Notes: generated from the sequence alone by a model not told the origin. 64,000 nucleotides of DNA from Eledone cirrhosa (GCA_964016885.1 OZ024741.1:58342001-58406000); one strand, 5' to 3'. Positions 48,092 to 62,479 are shown, numbered from the stretch's first letter. Numbers and translations are program-made.

Positions 48092-49374
48092 AGTTAGTTA
48101 TTTGACAGTTTAAGTGGAATTTCCAGTCTCAGAGAAATTTAAATTCCTTTCAAAATTCACAATTGTTCTCATTTGGAGTAACTGTTTGTTAAAAAGATAT
48201 GGGAAAATAATATGCACCATCGCTATAATCATTTCTTTCCTCTGTTCTAGTTTCATCGTTTTATATTTGCTTTCCATCCAGCCTTGGGTTGGACAGGTTG
48301 CCATGGTCCGAGATCTCTTCTTCTCCCTATGTTCCATATTTGGCATAGTTTCTATGGATGGATGCTCTTCCAAACACCAACCACTTTGCAGGGTGTACCA
48401 CTTTGCAGGCTCTGTTCTTGACACAACTGAAGAATCTTCTCTACCAGATGTTTGGCATATTTTTATGGCCCGATATTTCTTATTGTGTAATAAATATATA
48501 ATCAGTTCAAGAGTTTTCAATAATGTATTAAGACAATAAGTTGCAGTCAATTTAGTTTGAAAACTTAATAAATTTTATAGCTTTGAATATTAAATTAAAT
48601 GATATTCTAAAATACTGATTTGGTCAAAATATTTTTAGCTTTTTTTTCTTTTTTTAAAATGCTTTATTGCTATGTTATAAACTAATTTTGATTAATGATC
48701 TATGATTTTGTACTTATGTATGAAATCAATATGAAGTTTGTTTTATTGCTACTATTAAGTCTAAAAAAACAGTTTATTCTTGATTTAGATGTATTGACAG
48801 CATTATTTTAATCTAAACCTCTTCAAAATCTTACTCATCCATTTCCATGGTTTTGCCAAGCACATCTGTTTTCTTCTGTTAATTACCATAAACTTGAAAG
48901 TCCAATATTGAGAAACAATTTGAAACTTAGGATCTCATGACTGTATGATAACGTCATCATCATCATCTTCGTTTAACGTCCATCTTCCACGCTAGCATGG
49001 GTTGTGTATTATAAAGGCCTGTTTCAGTAATGAATGACCATGGATTTGCACTTGGAAATTTCCTCTCCAAGGCCTTAGCCTAAGCAAGCTGTTTTGTGGA
49101 AGACCATTCACTCTTTTCTACATGATTGCTTTTGCCCTTGGGAAAGAAAGGCAGATTCAGTTTGGCACCAGTGATGTCACGCTTCATTTTTTTTTTCAAC
49201 TGAGTGGACTGAAGTAATGATGTTAAGTATCTTAGTCAATGACACAATGCATGCCCAGTCTAGGAATCAAACACAATCTTATGATCATGAGCCAAACATC
49301 CTAACTACTAACCCATGCTGACTGTTGTATATACTTGTAAGTCACACTATAATTAAATCATACCTCCTTTTTAC

Positions 49375-49580
49375 ACACAGGTGCATTTTATTATGGTACC
49401 AGTACTAGCACTTTACAGTGTACTTGGTGCATTTTATCATGGAGCCAACACTATCATTTTACAGGATGTACTGGGTGCATTTTATTATTGCACCACTTTA
49501 CAGACTGTCCTGGGTGCAATTTTTCGTGACACCAGCACTACTACCTTGCAGAATGTATTAGATGCAATTTACCATTGTAT
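49375..49580 (-). repeat. Degenerate ~48-bp tandem modules of the RTE-tail family
   Basis: Repeated cactttacag..gtactgggtgcatttta. Confidence 0.65.
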
Positions 49581-51094
49581 TTTCATGACAAAAGATGCAA
49601 CGTCTACCCAAATATATGGGTGTTTTTGTTGAAGATCTTAGTGACATTTAAATACCATGAATCTTGTTTCCCCAATCCTGTTGGACTTGAGTTTTCTTTA
49701 CTGCCATGTGAAACAACATAAGATTTCTTTGTTAGCCATGTTGAATCCCATGACCTTCTTGTGAATTGCCTATTCTCAACACTACTAAAGATTATTATCC
49801 ACTTCACTGATAAAAGGTAAATAATGTACCAATAGAATTTCTTTGTGTTCATGATCACAGAGAAAAGAATGTCTTTAAAGAGAGAAGACTGTATGTGTGT
49901 GCATGTGTGTTTTGTGCATATGTTTTGTGAGCGAGTAGGTTGAAGTAATAGAGAAATGGATTGTGGGAGTGAATGCTGGGATGATGGCTCAGCATAATGT
50001 AGCTACAGAAAAGCAGAGTTGTTGACCAAACTGTACAGAGGGCAGTTAAAGAACATTCTTATTATTAATACTCTCATTGGGTTGTTTCCACATTCTGAGG
50101 GCCACAGTATTCAGACTACAAACAATTATTTTGTTTTTTTTCTGGGTGTATATTTCTAATTTTGGGTGGAAATTAAACTTTTTCTGTCTTTCTTTCCAGT
50201 TGATTCAACATATATAAGGGTTTCCAAGAGAGTCGACAATACTAGGCTCAAAAACCTTTATGGGGTCCTGCTTGATATGTTGGCTTGATGAATAGCTGTT
50301 GACTCTTTGTTAAAATTAATTTCAATAATGCAGACGAACTACTGTAACAAGAGGTTATTAGAAATCATGAAACAGACCTCAATGGAAGATACAGTCAAGC
50401 CAGTATTGATAATATTGTAATTGTGTATTTAAATGAAACTGCATGCTTATTTAACTAAAGAGCTAAATTTATACATGGCTGGCATATAGCATACATATAT
50501 TCTTTTTTATCATCATTATTACTAAACACATTTTGGAAGGACAAGACATAGGCAGATTTTGCTGTTAAAGTTTTGTGTAAAAAGTTGTCTAACTAAGCAC
50601 AAAACATGCTTGAGGGCAGTTTGGAAAGAGAAAGAGAATGAATTAGAGGAGGAGAGAGAGAGAATAGGAATGAAAAGTGAGAAAAGGAGATGGGGTTGGA
50701 ATGAGGAAGGGGGTGGATTAGAGAAAGAAAGAAAACCAAGAATGAGGAAGAGAGGGAGTTAAAAGAGAAAGTGAAGACTAGGAATGAGTTAGAGGAGGAG
50801 AAAGGGAATAAAGTAGAATAATAGACATAGCTAAAAATAACTACAATATAAGTAAAAACATGGTTTTGTTTTCAGACAAGTCTATCATATGTTTAGTTGT
50901 GTGTGTGTGTTTGCTTGAACATTTTGTTTTGTTTTATTTGGTGTCATTAGGTTCAAATATCTCACTGAGATTTCAATAGCAATAATTTCATGTGTACTTC
51001 AATAAAAATAACTTTCCCAAATTAGCTTACTTTATTATCACCATACAAAAATAGTGAAGCTGGGCTCCTTTCTTGTGCCAAGGTAGCAGAGACC

Positions 51095-51470
51095 CTTTTC
51101 TCTCCATCCTTGTTGTCTTCACTTCCTGAATAGATTCTAGGCCTACATCATGTTGTCAATGTGACATGTCGTCCACCACACTTCTCTGTCCATCATTGCC
51201 AGCATCAGTTCCTCAGTCTATCATTACTATCTTCAATTTGTCAATGTATGTGACATGACGTCCACCACACTTTACTTTCGATCATTGCCATCTTGAGTTC
51301 CTGGAGAAATTCCAGGTCAGTGTCCTGCTTCAGGTTGTCATTGTATGACATGACATTTACCAAGGTTTTCCACTTCTTGCCGTAGATCCCCCAGGATCAG
51401 CTTTGATACCTTCTTTTTCTAGATGTTAGGCACAATGTCTTGAAAGAAGGACTCTGTTCTTTGATCTTCT
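51095..51470 (-). mobile_element. Degenerate LINE (RTE-like) C-terminal/3' fragment with an ~85-bp internal duplication
   Basis: Duplicated tgtgacatgWcgtccaccacactt..atcattgcca; a patched minus-strand reading resembles LINE C-termini. Confidence 0.4.
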
Positions 51471-52793
51471 CACTTGCAAATGAAATGTGCTGAGCATTGT
51501 ATCATTAAAAAAACTTTTAGTTTTAAATATTTTCATGCCACTTTGGTAGGTTGTATAATTTCCTGTGTATAATATGAGTAAATTTTCAACTAAACTTAAA
51601 GGCAAGAAAGTGGGGTTGTATTATACATAAATACTTTTCAGGAATGTTTCTGAGCTTAAAAATACCCATTTCAAATGGCAAGATTGCAAATACATGTTAA
51701 TATCAGTTGTTTACAAATGATATTTGGTATTTTGGCAATATTTATTTATTTGGGATTAAACTGTAATTGAATATTATTTGTCTCAAAGACAGAAAATAAA
51801 TATAAAATAAGTTAATAAAAGGATTACATAGACATGGCTGTACTCTAGGGTCATATTATATGCAAGGATATAATTCCCATTTTTTTTCTTTTTTAGCTTC
51901 ACAAATTGTATTTTTCATATCAGGACTAGGATATGTTGTTTGATATCTGGCAAGGATGGGGGTATGTCTTATTTTGATATCCAGGATAAAACTGTTATTT
52001 TGACACCAGGGAAAGGACTATTTTATTTTGATATCAGAGATAGGATATGGTTAATTTTGATATCACTTACAAAGATTTCTGCCAGCGATTCCCAACCTGG
52101 GATCCATGTGCTAACTTCAAAATTTCAAATATGTTTTTAAAAACATAATATATACATGCTATTGAGTATCCATATTTCTCTAAGTAAAAATATTTCTCTT
52201 TTTACATTGTTATTCTAATTGTATAACAATCTGGGAGAAGAGCAATTGTAGCAAGGCTGGAAGGAAATTTATTTAAATAAAAGGGGTACTGGGCAGTGAA
52301 ATGGTTGGGAACCACTGCATCAGAGGGAAATTCCTCTCCAGTTTATATCAGTTATATTTGGGAGGATTCTCTCTCCTAGTTGGACTGCTTTCACTAAATT
52401 TGTAAAGAACTGCAATATTTACTTTATGGAGGCCATTCTGTAAGGATTAACAAATAAGAAAGGAGCTTATAGAAAAAGTGTGTGGTGGAGGAGACGATGT
52501 TGATGGAAATGGTGGTATTGTTGGCAGTTATGGTAGTGGTGATGGAGCACAGCTTAAATTACTTTATCAAGGATATGGTAAGAGTGCATGTATTTTCTGT
52601 GTAGTAGGTAAAGTATTTCAATAATGTATTTCATTTAGCAGAAGTTTGTGCAGAAAGATCTGTATAAACATTGAAGTTTGCTAAGAAAGATTTCTAGAAA
52701 CAGTACCATTGTATGTAAAAAGGGGGACAAAAACAGATGAGAGATTTAATGTAAAGTGATTCTCTTTGGAGTTGACATAACCATCATAAAGAA

Positions 52794-53095
52794 ACTAGTA
52801 GAATACCTGGTGTTGCTCAGGCAGAAAACTACCAGAATTATTCTAAATGAGGGATATTTGACTTCATGTAACTTTCATGTAAGAAATTAAATTTTTTAAA
52901 AATGTTTATTGGTTCAGCACTGTGATGGTAGTATAGAAGCAGATGATAGCTACATAGAAAAGATTGAGGAAGGTGTTGAAATGAGAGTGCGACTGGGAGT
53001 AGAAAAATATGCTTAAAGCATTACGGGAGGAAGAGATGGAACGCACACACGCACAGACAGACAGACAGGCACGTTTAGAAATATGTTATAGATAG
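52794..53095 (+). mobile_element. Helitron-like non-autonomous element; second degenerate copy of the distal part at ~53200-53390
   Basis: 5' actagtagaatacctggtgttgctcagg, internal (GACA)n, 3' ttatagatag: layout of Lep1/HINE-like elements (from recall). Confidence 0.4.
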
Positions 53096-54750
53096 CTAAT
53101 AAAATGATTATAGAAGGCTAGCATTTAATGCACTGTGCTACAGATAGTATGGAATATATAGATAGAGAGAAAATGGCAGCGAGTGGTAGAGTAGTAAAAC
53201 ATTGTGATTCAGTACTGTGGTGGTAGCACAGAAGCAAGCAATAGTTACATACAAAACAGGAGAGAGAGGAAATGATAGTGTGATGAGGTATTGAATGAGA
53301 TGCTTAAAGTATTACAGGTGGAGAAGATGGAACATACATCCAGATAAATAAACATTTAGACACATATAATAGATGGCTAAATATATAGAAGGCAAGAGGT
53401 AGAGGTTTCTTGAAATCTAATGAGCTTTGTTTTACACTCTCCTTATTTTATTATGTAAATGGAACCTTGTTTATGAACAAGTACATTTTTTAATTTAGAT
53501 GTATAGGTTCTTTAAATAGTGCTCTTACTGATTCTACTGAAGAAGCAAATTGTTTCTTGAAGTTAAAACAAATAAATAAAAATAACACAAAACAAAAGAA
53601 ACAAAAGCTGTTCCTAATGATATAAAAATGAATTTAAAGTTTGCTTTTTTTTCTTTTTATATATTGTTTGCATATTGATATATTTATGTTATATTTACTA
53701 CCTTCATTTTGAATGTTTGCTTAATGGTTCCGTCTTAATTTCACCATCTGAATTTCAATTTTTATCAAACAATTAGGAAGAATTTGATACTTAATATAGA
53801 ATTACTTGATGGATATTGATTATTATAAAATACACAATATGGCATAGACAAAGCTCATTAAAAAAATAAAATAATACCAATTTTTACATTGAACTTGCTT
53901 ATCTCCAGCGACCACCACTTCATGAAGATTTACTGGTGTATTTTTGCAGTCACTAAGTTACATATTCTACAAGCTATTACTGAGCCAGATTTGTCAAAGA
54001 TGACTGACTCACTCATATATATTGTTGTTGTTGGATTGTTGGATCTTCATCAGTTTCCAACAGTGTTGCAGTTGTTTGATCAATGAGACAGCACCTGTCA
54101 CTCTTTTTCTGTCACTTTGTGTCTCTTTATCTCTATTCCACTTTCATTATGATGTCAAACTTTTTCTTCCTCCACCTTTTCCTCTCTCTCTCTCTCCCTG
54201 GTCATGAAAACCATATTCTATTATGCATTGTCTTTCTCTATCTCTTGCTCTACTTCTCTCTCTCTTTCTCTCCCGCCATCTCTCAGCACAACAACAAAGA
54301 ATCTATGAGGAATAGGAAGAGGACTTGTTAGTAAAGTTACAAGAGTGAGAAAGAGTGGAAGATAAACAAAGGAAAATACATAAAATGTTATATTCAGAAA
54401 ATAAATATATATACCTAGAGATATACAATGCTTATTACTATACTGGGTTATAATTATGCATCCTACAACTGTACTGTTATTTCTAGCAAATGTTTATTCT
54501 TTACAGGAAATAAATGGTATCCACTACCTCCCTTGCCAAAGTAAAAAAAGTATATGCTGCCATAATTAGAAATTCTGGAATATATAGTTTAGTCATTTGT
54601 TAGACAATAAAAGAAAGAAAAAATTGAATCTTTGGAATCACCCAAATAGTTTGAAAATACACTGTTATTAGTTTTACATAATAGCTAAAGTTATTCAAAT
54701 TTTTTTGTGATAAATATTGATTGAATGATAGTATTTCATTCATCATCTTG

Positions 54751-54947
54751 TAACTCTTAACATCCTGTAAGGATTAGGCGGAAAATATCTAAAGAGGTTA
54801 ATTAATGTTTATAGTATCTTTACTAGTAGACTAATTATGAAAATTTGCAGTAAGTTAAAGTAACGACTTTAATTTCTAATGTGCTATTTTTTGTACTCAT
54901 TAATGTTTTCCTAATGTGGTTTCATGTGGTACATGCTGTTAAGTTAA
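54751..54947. mobile_element. MITE of the CTCTTAAC-TIR family (also 63762-63977 and partial ~5040-5130)
   Basis: taactcttaacatcctg ... catgctgttaagttaa; body is a reverse match to 63762-63977. Confidence 0.55.
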
Positions 54948-55022
54948 TGAGTTTGTGTGGAGGACAAAGAGGTGGGAGAAGTAGACATTTGAATTAGTTT
55001 TGCTTTGAAGCAACTTTTGACT

Positions 55023-55255
55023 TTAACCCCTTTATGAAAGGCACTGCCTCTGATTTTCATTTTGAAAATCCTCAGGATTTTAGAATGATTTAGTAATATA
55101 ATTAACTTTCTCATTATTAAGCTTATGTTCTACATAAATGTTCTTACATAAAATCGTGGTGGAAGGTTTTAAACTAAAAATAATCATTTCAAAATAAACT
55201 ATTTTGTATTGTAGAACCAGAGGTGGTTTTATAGGGGTTACTATCAAAAGGTTTT
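55023..55255. mobile_element. TTAA-type MITE
   Basis: ttaaccccttt ... gtagaaccagaggtggttt..actatcaaaaggtt. Confidence 0.6.
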
Positions 55256-56149
55256 GTGTCTGTAGAGGAGGGAGAAGAAGCAGTTGAATGCTGAATTAGT
55301 TTTGAATTGAAGCAGGTTTTGACATTTAATAGTTTGAAGGAGTGGGTGATTTGTATATTGTGTGTTTGTAGAAGCTGTTCAAAAAGAAATTATATTGTTA
55401 AAGAATTACTATTGCTTTTATTTGTATTTATATTCAAAAACAATAAACTGTTTTTACATTTTCTTATTAGAAATTGCTATCAGTAGAAAATATTTAATAT
55501 TCATTTTAATCGACTTTAAATAAGATCAAGTTTTGTATATACATTGTTACGTGTAGTCTTGTATTTTATATATTCAATTATCTAGAAATACAATATCGGT
55601 TATTGTAACAAAGGAACCTTTTCTAATCAAATGTTTTGATCTTTCGACTTCCTAGAGCTTTTGTGGTTTTTAAAAGATGTTTGTGAATCTAGTTGAAGAT
55701 TACAAAACAAGACGAAATAATAGGAAGAATTCTTCAGTTTTCATAAAATGTTAAATTATTTGAGTTAACAAATAATTTGAGCAGTGTCTTTTGTCTCAAA
55801 TGGCATTTTAATTAAATGGCATCATAATTAAATTTACGAAAGAATCTATAAAATGTTAAATTTTGTTGCAAATTTCACTTATTTTTTTTTTTTCATACTT
55901 AAAACTTGCGATATCGTCTGTTGGGTTCCCAATCATAAGATTGTGGTTTCAATTCTGGACTGATCAGCACATTGTGTTCTTCAGACACTTCATTTCATAT
56001 TGCTTTTTGTGGTAGTACTATCACTAAAGCATTTGAGAAACATCCTATGAGATACATCCTCATAGGAGGCCAGCTAAACCTGCATAAGTGTGACCTGTAA
56101 CAAACATATGTATACAACAACAAACATTTTAAAGTTATCTCTTCTGATG

Positions 56150-56470
56150 CAGGGGCTAGCCTTGCAGGACCCAAGACAAGCCTCTCAATTTTCCCCTATG
56201 ATCTGCATCTTCCCCTCACCAATTTTCTTTCCCATAATTTTCAGTCATATGTTTCTTGGTTCTCTCCTTCCTCTAATTCCTTTCACATTCATTTCCATCA
56301 GTCTTCTCACATTGCCACTTTCCTCCTTCAACCAAATCATCTCATTCCATATCTCTGCACAGCATTGGCACTTTTCCTCACATCTACTCATTTCATCTTT
56401 CCTCAACACATAACCCAACATCTTATTCCATTCCTCTTCATAGCATTCATCACTGGCTCTTTTCACATTA
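56150..56470 (-). mobile_element. Degenerate RTE C-terminal fragment
   Basis: Minus peptide ..EESGNVRRLMEMNVKGIRGRREPRNI. Confidence 0.55.
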
Positions 56471-56926
56471 TCCCCTGTAATTCATTTTGTCTTCCAAAGG
56501 CAGTTTCAAGTCGTTAGATATCAAGAGTTAACAGTACTGAAGGTCATAAGCTAAACTTGTTTGTGACTGAGTTATATCCAGCACTGTGCTTATTAATCAT
56601 TCATTCATTATTATTATTATTATTACTACTAAATGATTGATGTGTTGGTCTTTTCACAAGCTATTTACAGTATATCCATTTGTTGAACAGTGAAGTAATG
56701 TAACATGTTATGAATTATTAAAAAGTATCCTTGTGGTGGTCATAAGTCATATTTAATACATTATGATGCTAAATAAAGGTTAAATGTATTTGAAAAGATA
56801 ATGGAATGAAACTATCCTCTTGTTTTACAAATATAAATTGAACACACATTGACATATCGAAATATAAAAAATTAATTTTCTAGCAATCCATATATATCAT
56901 AAATTGTGGTTCACAAGTCAACTTTT

Positions 56927-57179
56927 TAACCCATTTGATACCAAACCACCTGACACTGCCCATGTTCTATGATACAAAACTGTTTACTTTAAGGTGTTTA
57001 TATTTATCTAAAAACATTCCATCATAATTTTATGTAAAGAACCTTTGTTCCAAACATCAGCTTATTAATAATTTATTTATTTCTTTACCTTTTTATTATC
57101 ATTTATTTTGAAAAAGTTGGTTATATTAAATTATTTGAAAATCAGAAGCACTCTGGAAATATAGCAACGAAAAAGTTAA
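56927..57179. mobile_element. TTAA-type MITE in reverse orientation; partial copy at ~57553-57690
   Basis: ttaacccatttgataccaaaccacctga ... atagcaacgaaaaagttaa. Confidence 0.6.
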
Positions 57180-58307
57180 GACTGAAAATATTCCAAAACT
57201 AACTGTTGACTTGACCTTAGGTAATCTCAGGTTCAAGTCATTCTATACCCTAGTATATGTGTTCAAATAAAAGGTGCTAAGTCAAAACAATTCAATATGT
57301 GAGTTAGACTCTACTGTGGGTGCATACTGTCTCCTCTCCTGTTCATAATTTTCATCAACAGGATAGACATGTGCAGTTGGCTTGTACATGGTATCAACAC
57401 TGGCTGCTTGCCAATGACATGGAAAGTGATTTTTGACATGCACTGGATAGGTTTGCAGCTGGGTGCCACATGGCAAAAATGAAAATGAGTGCTGTGAAAA
57501 CTGAGACTCTTCCTCTCAAGGAAGCCATAAATTATAACATACAAGTCAACTTCTTAACTCATTTGATGTCAAACCACCTGACTTTGCCCATGTTCTATGA
57601 TACAAAACTGTTTGTTTTTAAGTGTTTAAAAACATTCCATAATTTTATGTAAAAACCTTGGAGCTCCAAGAGTAGCTTAATGATTTCTTTATTTATGAAT
57701 AGGAGTGGTGTAGTAACCAGAGTAAATGATTTAGATATTTTAAAAGTGTAATTTATATTGATTTCTAGTTTCATTAATGTTTTCGTTTGTATTTGAAAAA
57801 ATTGTAATTTTGTTACAACTACAATTATTAACCTTTCAGAATATCAACAGCCACCATAGATCCCAAGATGTTTCTGTTATTAATATTAGTGTGTTCACAA
57901 TATTTCTGTTAAATAGTGAAGATATTACATTTAAGTCAACTGAAGATTACACTGATATTTGTAATGTATTATTATACCAAGTTGTATCATGCAATTGTAA
58001 TGAAATATATTATAATGATGAATGGTTTAATTTCTCGGGTTGATATACAACTTTTAAAAGTCTGATTTTCAAAAAACAAAACTAAAACAAAACAAAACAA
58101 AAAAAAAAAGACATTAAATCATCATCATATGCCTGCACAAAGCAGACAGTCAAAGCTTGACTTGATTTTCAAAATGAGGCTGTGAGTATTTTGTTTGGAG
58201 AGATGATAGTTTGAATAACTGGTCTGATCACAAACATAAGAAGCCATACTGAACATAATTAGGTAAACAAAACAAAAAACAGCATGTTTATAGAGCTGAC
58301 ATGTCAT

Positions 58308-58700
58308 TCATCATCATCATTGTCATCATCATCATCGTCATCATCATCCTGCTCATCATTATCCTGCTCATTATCATCATTTAATGTCAGATTTTCTATG
58401 CTAGCATTGGTTAAATGGATTGTCACAGACTACTTCAGTACTGAATCGGAGTCACTGTTCTTACAGACATGCCAGGAGGCTGTGACTCATTTAATTTCTT
58501 GTATTTTACAGTGTGTACTGTGTGTTTCATCATGGCACCAACAATAGGGACATTGTTGTACCCTTAACACAACTGAAAGTTTTCTCAAAACTAGGTTTTC
58601 TATGGCTTGATGCCCTTTCCAACACCAACCACTTTACAGAGTACTGGGTACATTTTATCATAGTACCAACACTGGAGAGGTTGTCATGTGCTCTGCCAGA
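58308..58700 (-). mobile_element. Non-autonomous element with RTE-type tail and extended (CAT)n
   Basis: (TCA)n 58308-58380, tttaatgtc..ttttctatgctagcattgg, gatgccctttccaacaccaaccactttacag. Confidence 0.7.
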
Positions 58701-58789
58701 CTGAGGAGTCCTCTCTAGCCTACATTGTATGATGCCAACTGCATTACAGAAGCCTGGTATATATACATATACATATGCACGCACGCCGC

Positions 58790-59300
58790 CACCACTGTTT
58801 AATGTCCATTTTCTATATTAGCATGGGTTAGATGAGCTGACCCATTGTGAGACAAGGCTGGTCCAATGACGTGTCTTGCTCACAGAGAACTGATTTTGGC
58901 TTGGTTTCTCCATCTAGATGCCCTGCTTAATGCCAACAACATTTAAAGTGTATACTGGGTGCTTCTTGTCATGACACCAACACGACCACTTTACAGTGTG
59001 GACTTGGTGCTTTTTGTCGTGGCACCACAATGACCACTTTACAGTGTGGACTTGGTGCTTTTTGTCGTGGCACCACAATGACCACTTTACAGTGTGGACT
59101 TGGTGCTTTTTGTCGTGGCACCACAATGACCACTTTACAGTGTGGACTGGGATGGGGGAGGTAGATCCAGGGGCATGGGTGAGGAGGTGGTGTATTAGGA
59201 TGTAAGGTGTTGGGGTGGGGTATGGAAGGGGTGATGGAGGAGAAGGTGGCACATAGATGTATGTCTCAACCCATGCACATGAGAAGGCAATTCTTATATA
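58790..59300 (-). mobile_element. Non-autonomous RTE-tail element containing a near-perfect 48-bp tandem array (58984-59148)
   Basis: Unit GACCACTTTACAGTGTGGACTTGGTGCTTTTTGTCGTGGCACCACAAT, about 3.4 copies; colinear with 66-720. Confidence 0.8.
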
Positions 59301-59889
59301 AAAGTGTATCTGTATCTACGTTTACATTTGTGTTTGTCTGTTAACTAGGCAGTTTAGCAAAAAAAATATTGATTAAATAAGTACTTGGATCTATATGATC
59401 AATTAAATTCCTTTAAAGTGGTGCCCCAGCGTAGCCATAGTTTAATGACTGAAGCCTGTAAAAGAATAAGAATGTTGTGTGAATAGAAAACTATTCTGTC
59501 TGAATGAAATGCAATGTTTTGTTGTTGTTTGTTACAAATCCTGTTGGTGATATTCTGAAATGTCAAAGTTAACAACTAGTGTCGCAATAGACTTTTTAAA
59601 ACAGAAAATAATGGTCAAATTACTAGAATGTAAATAATAGTATTTTTATGTCTCATTAAGATGGGTGACACCACACACCAGGGTTTTTTGTTTTTTTTTC
59701 TTTAGTCAGAGTTGGAAGTGTGGGGGCATCATCCATCAGATTTTTTAGTGGCTCCAAGACTGGTGACAGAGAGCTAGGAATTCCGAATTGGAAGTGTTGG
59801 GGGGCAGCAGCATCTATCAGACATTTTAGGGCCTCTGAGACTGTTGACAGGGAGTGAAGAATCTGTTCACAGATCAGAGACATGACTCA

Positions 59890-60150
59890 AATACTTCCAA
59901 CTGAATATCATCATCATATGTCTAGACGTGTCTTCTCCGGTACAGCCTGCCTCCACTTGTATTCTTTTGTCATTTCCACTGTGAAGTTCAGTATTTTGAG
60001 ATCAAATCTAATTGCCTCTGTCCAGATTTTCTTCAATTTTCCTCTACTGCAACTTCTTTCCACTGGTATCATTTAGCACTTCTTCACTCAATGATCATCA
60101 ACAGTACGTATCTTGTGTACATATCAGTGCAATCTTCTCTCTTGCACACT
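59890..60150 (-). mobile_element. Degenerate RTE C-terminal/3' fragment
   Basis: Similar to 14200-14520 and the copy-2 C-terminus (cagtgcaatcttctctcttgcacact). Confidence 0.55.
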
Positions 60151-60422
60151 AGACTTGGCTAAATGTATAAATGTACCAGCAGGTGCTGATGGTGGTGGTG
60201 TTAGTCAAAATGTTGGATTTAGTCTACCACTCCAAAACAGGGGTGTTTCCTCTGAGAGAATCTGTTTCCATTGTAACAATTTGACTTTGCATTTGTTTTC
60301 AAGAAAATAGTCTAGAATTTAGCTATATATCTAAATTTCTCAATATAAAATTGCTCTTTGATACATAACACAAAAGGCTCTTACATTGAATTGTGATAGG
60401 TTTTTAGACAAATATAAATACT

Positions 60423-60750
60423 TTAACCCTTTCATTACCATATTTTTAATGAGACCCTGCCTATAATTTAACTGACGCATAGAGTTACGGCCCTTGCCAT
60501 TCTGGGTTCAAATCCCGCTGAGGTTAACTTTGCCTTTCATCCTTACGGGGTCGATAAAATAAAGTACCAGTAATGCGCTGGGTAATTGCTGGCCTTGTGC
60601 CAAAAAGTAGAAACAATTATTTATCTAATGTTTGCAACATAATTTACATAGAATTATGTTAGGTTTTTAGATATAAATATTTTCGAAACAAACAATTTTG
60701 AATCATACAACCAGGGCTGGTTTTGAGTGGTTTGATATTTAACAAGATTA
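60423..60750. mobile_element. TTAA-type MITE interrupted by a well-preserved MetaSINE-like SINE (+, ~60497-60620)
   Basis: ttaaccctttcattaccatatt; insert gggttcaaatcccgctgaggttaactttgcctttcatccttacggggtcgataaaataaagtaccag. Confidence 0.75.
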
Positions 60751-61119
60751 AAAACTTTCCATCATAATTTTAGTCACAAACAGTGCCAATGGTGGTATTT
60801 GAACCACTTACCTCTAGACAGATTGTATAGTGCCATCTTACTCAGTTATCTACATTCGCATAAAAGAGTAGTAAACAGCCATAAGCTGCGCCTCCTTCTC
60901 AACATCACCTCCCCTAAAGTAAATAATCTCGGATTACTAAGATTTATATATTTCTCTTTACTCCATTTATGTTTCACTTGTGGTTCATGTGTGTAATATC
61001 TAAAGTTGATACATCTCTCTCTATCTTTCTCACTCTTCCTCTCTCATCATGTAATATCTAATGTTAATACAAATGGTATTATTATTATTGTTTTCTCTCT
61101 TTATTTCTCTTTCTCTCTT

Positions 61120-61131
61120 CCTTTTTCTTTT

Positions 61132-61170
<39 letters not shown>

Positions 61171-61200
61171 CTTTCTTTTTCTTTCTCTCTCATCATCATC
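61120..61200. repeat. (CT)n microsatellite / polypyrimidine tract
   Basis: Direct reading. Confidence 0.9.
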
Positions 61201-61780
61201 ATCAGTCTATTTTCTTTCTTTTTTGTTGTTGTTGAGTCTCTATTTCCACTGCTATAAAAATGTTTCTTAATAAACAAGTCAAGTTATTAAAATCTATTTC
61301 AATCAATAAAGACAAAAGAAATATGTTTTATATCTTTTTTCTCTCTATGTAATATCCAAAAGTCTTTGTGTGGTGTACAACAATTTTCTCTGGTTTCATT
61401 ATTTCATTTCATTTCTTATGAATTGACACAGGCATAGGTTCTGTGGTTAAAACATTCAATTCAGAATTATGCAGTTCTGGTTCTCAGGTATCTTCTATGA
61501 TGCCTTTGTCAATGAATTTTTTAGATGGAAATTGTGTGGAAGCCCATTATATAATGTAACCAATAGCAAAGAAGAAATTAAATCATTTTATTCCTGGCAT
61601 ATTTCTGCTAAAACAAAGAGGCAAAACTTGTTCCAGATGTATTGAAAATGTATATAAAATTACATGAGGACTGATTCTTTACGAAATTTACAAAGATTCC
61701 TCTAACTTGCTGAGTGTGGACTTACATTAAGCTTAGAATATTATCAGCATAACTAATTTCCTTGAGCATTTACTTTTGTG

Positions 61781-61812
<32 letters not shown>

Positions 61813-62479
61813 GTATGCATACATCTTCCCTGCATCATTTAAAAGCAAGTGGTACCGTTTGTTTATGCCTGCATAACTGTCTTGCAGCTTATTGGACTGA
61901 TGATCTGTAAAATATGTACCAAACTTAAAAAGAATGTTCAGGTTTGCACCAGGAAAAGCATGTGCCCATAGAACACAGACCTCAAAAATGTTTCCTCTAG
62001 CCTCTGCCTACTAGTATGGAAAAGCAAATGGAAAAGAAATGATAATGATGATTGGACCTTACAATCAGAAATAAATAACATGTTTGAATTTCAACTATTT
62101 GCTGTTTCCTCTGTCACTACACAATCATGTTTGTGTGACTTAGAAGGTGGTTTTGTGTTCAGCACCTTGGACACGTCTTCTGATATAGCCTCAAGCTGAC
62201 CAATGTTTTGTGAGTGAATTTGGTTGATGGGAACTCTATAAAAGTCTTTCATTTGTACGTAGTATGTGTAAGTTTGTGTACATCACCTCCAGAAACTGTT
62301 AAATCTCTACCATAGTGAAAAGTATGGGTTGGGGTCAAATTTGCTATGGATTAAAAAAAAAAAAAGAAGACTGGTGTGTGATATTTTTCATCAGCAAGGA
62401 AAATAACTTTAATCTACAGTTGTGTCAACTTATTTTAATGTTTTATGCTTCATAGATTTGTTGTGCGTTTAGAATAGGT

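Noticed and set aside
58984-59148. Regular 48-bp repeats that resemble a CRISPR array
   Set aside because: Head-to-tail units with no unique spacers, no cas genes, and a eukaryotic retroelement context.
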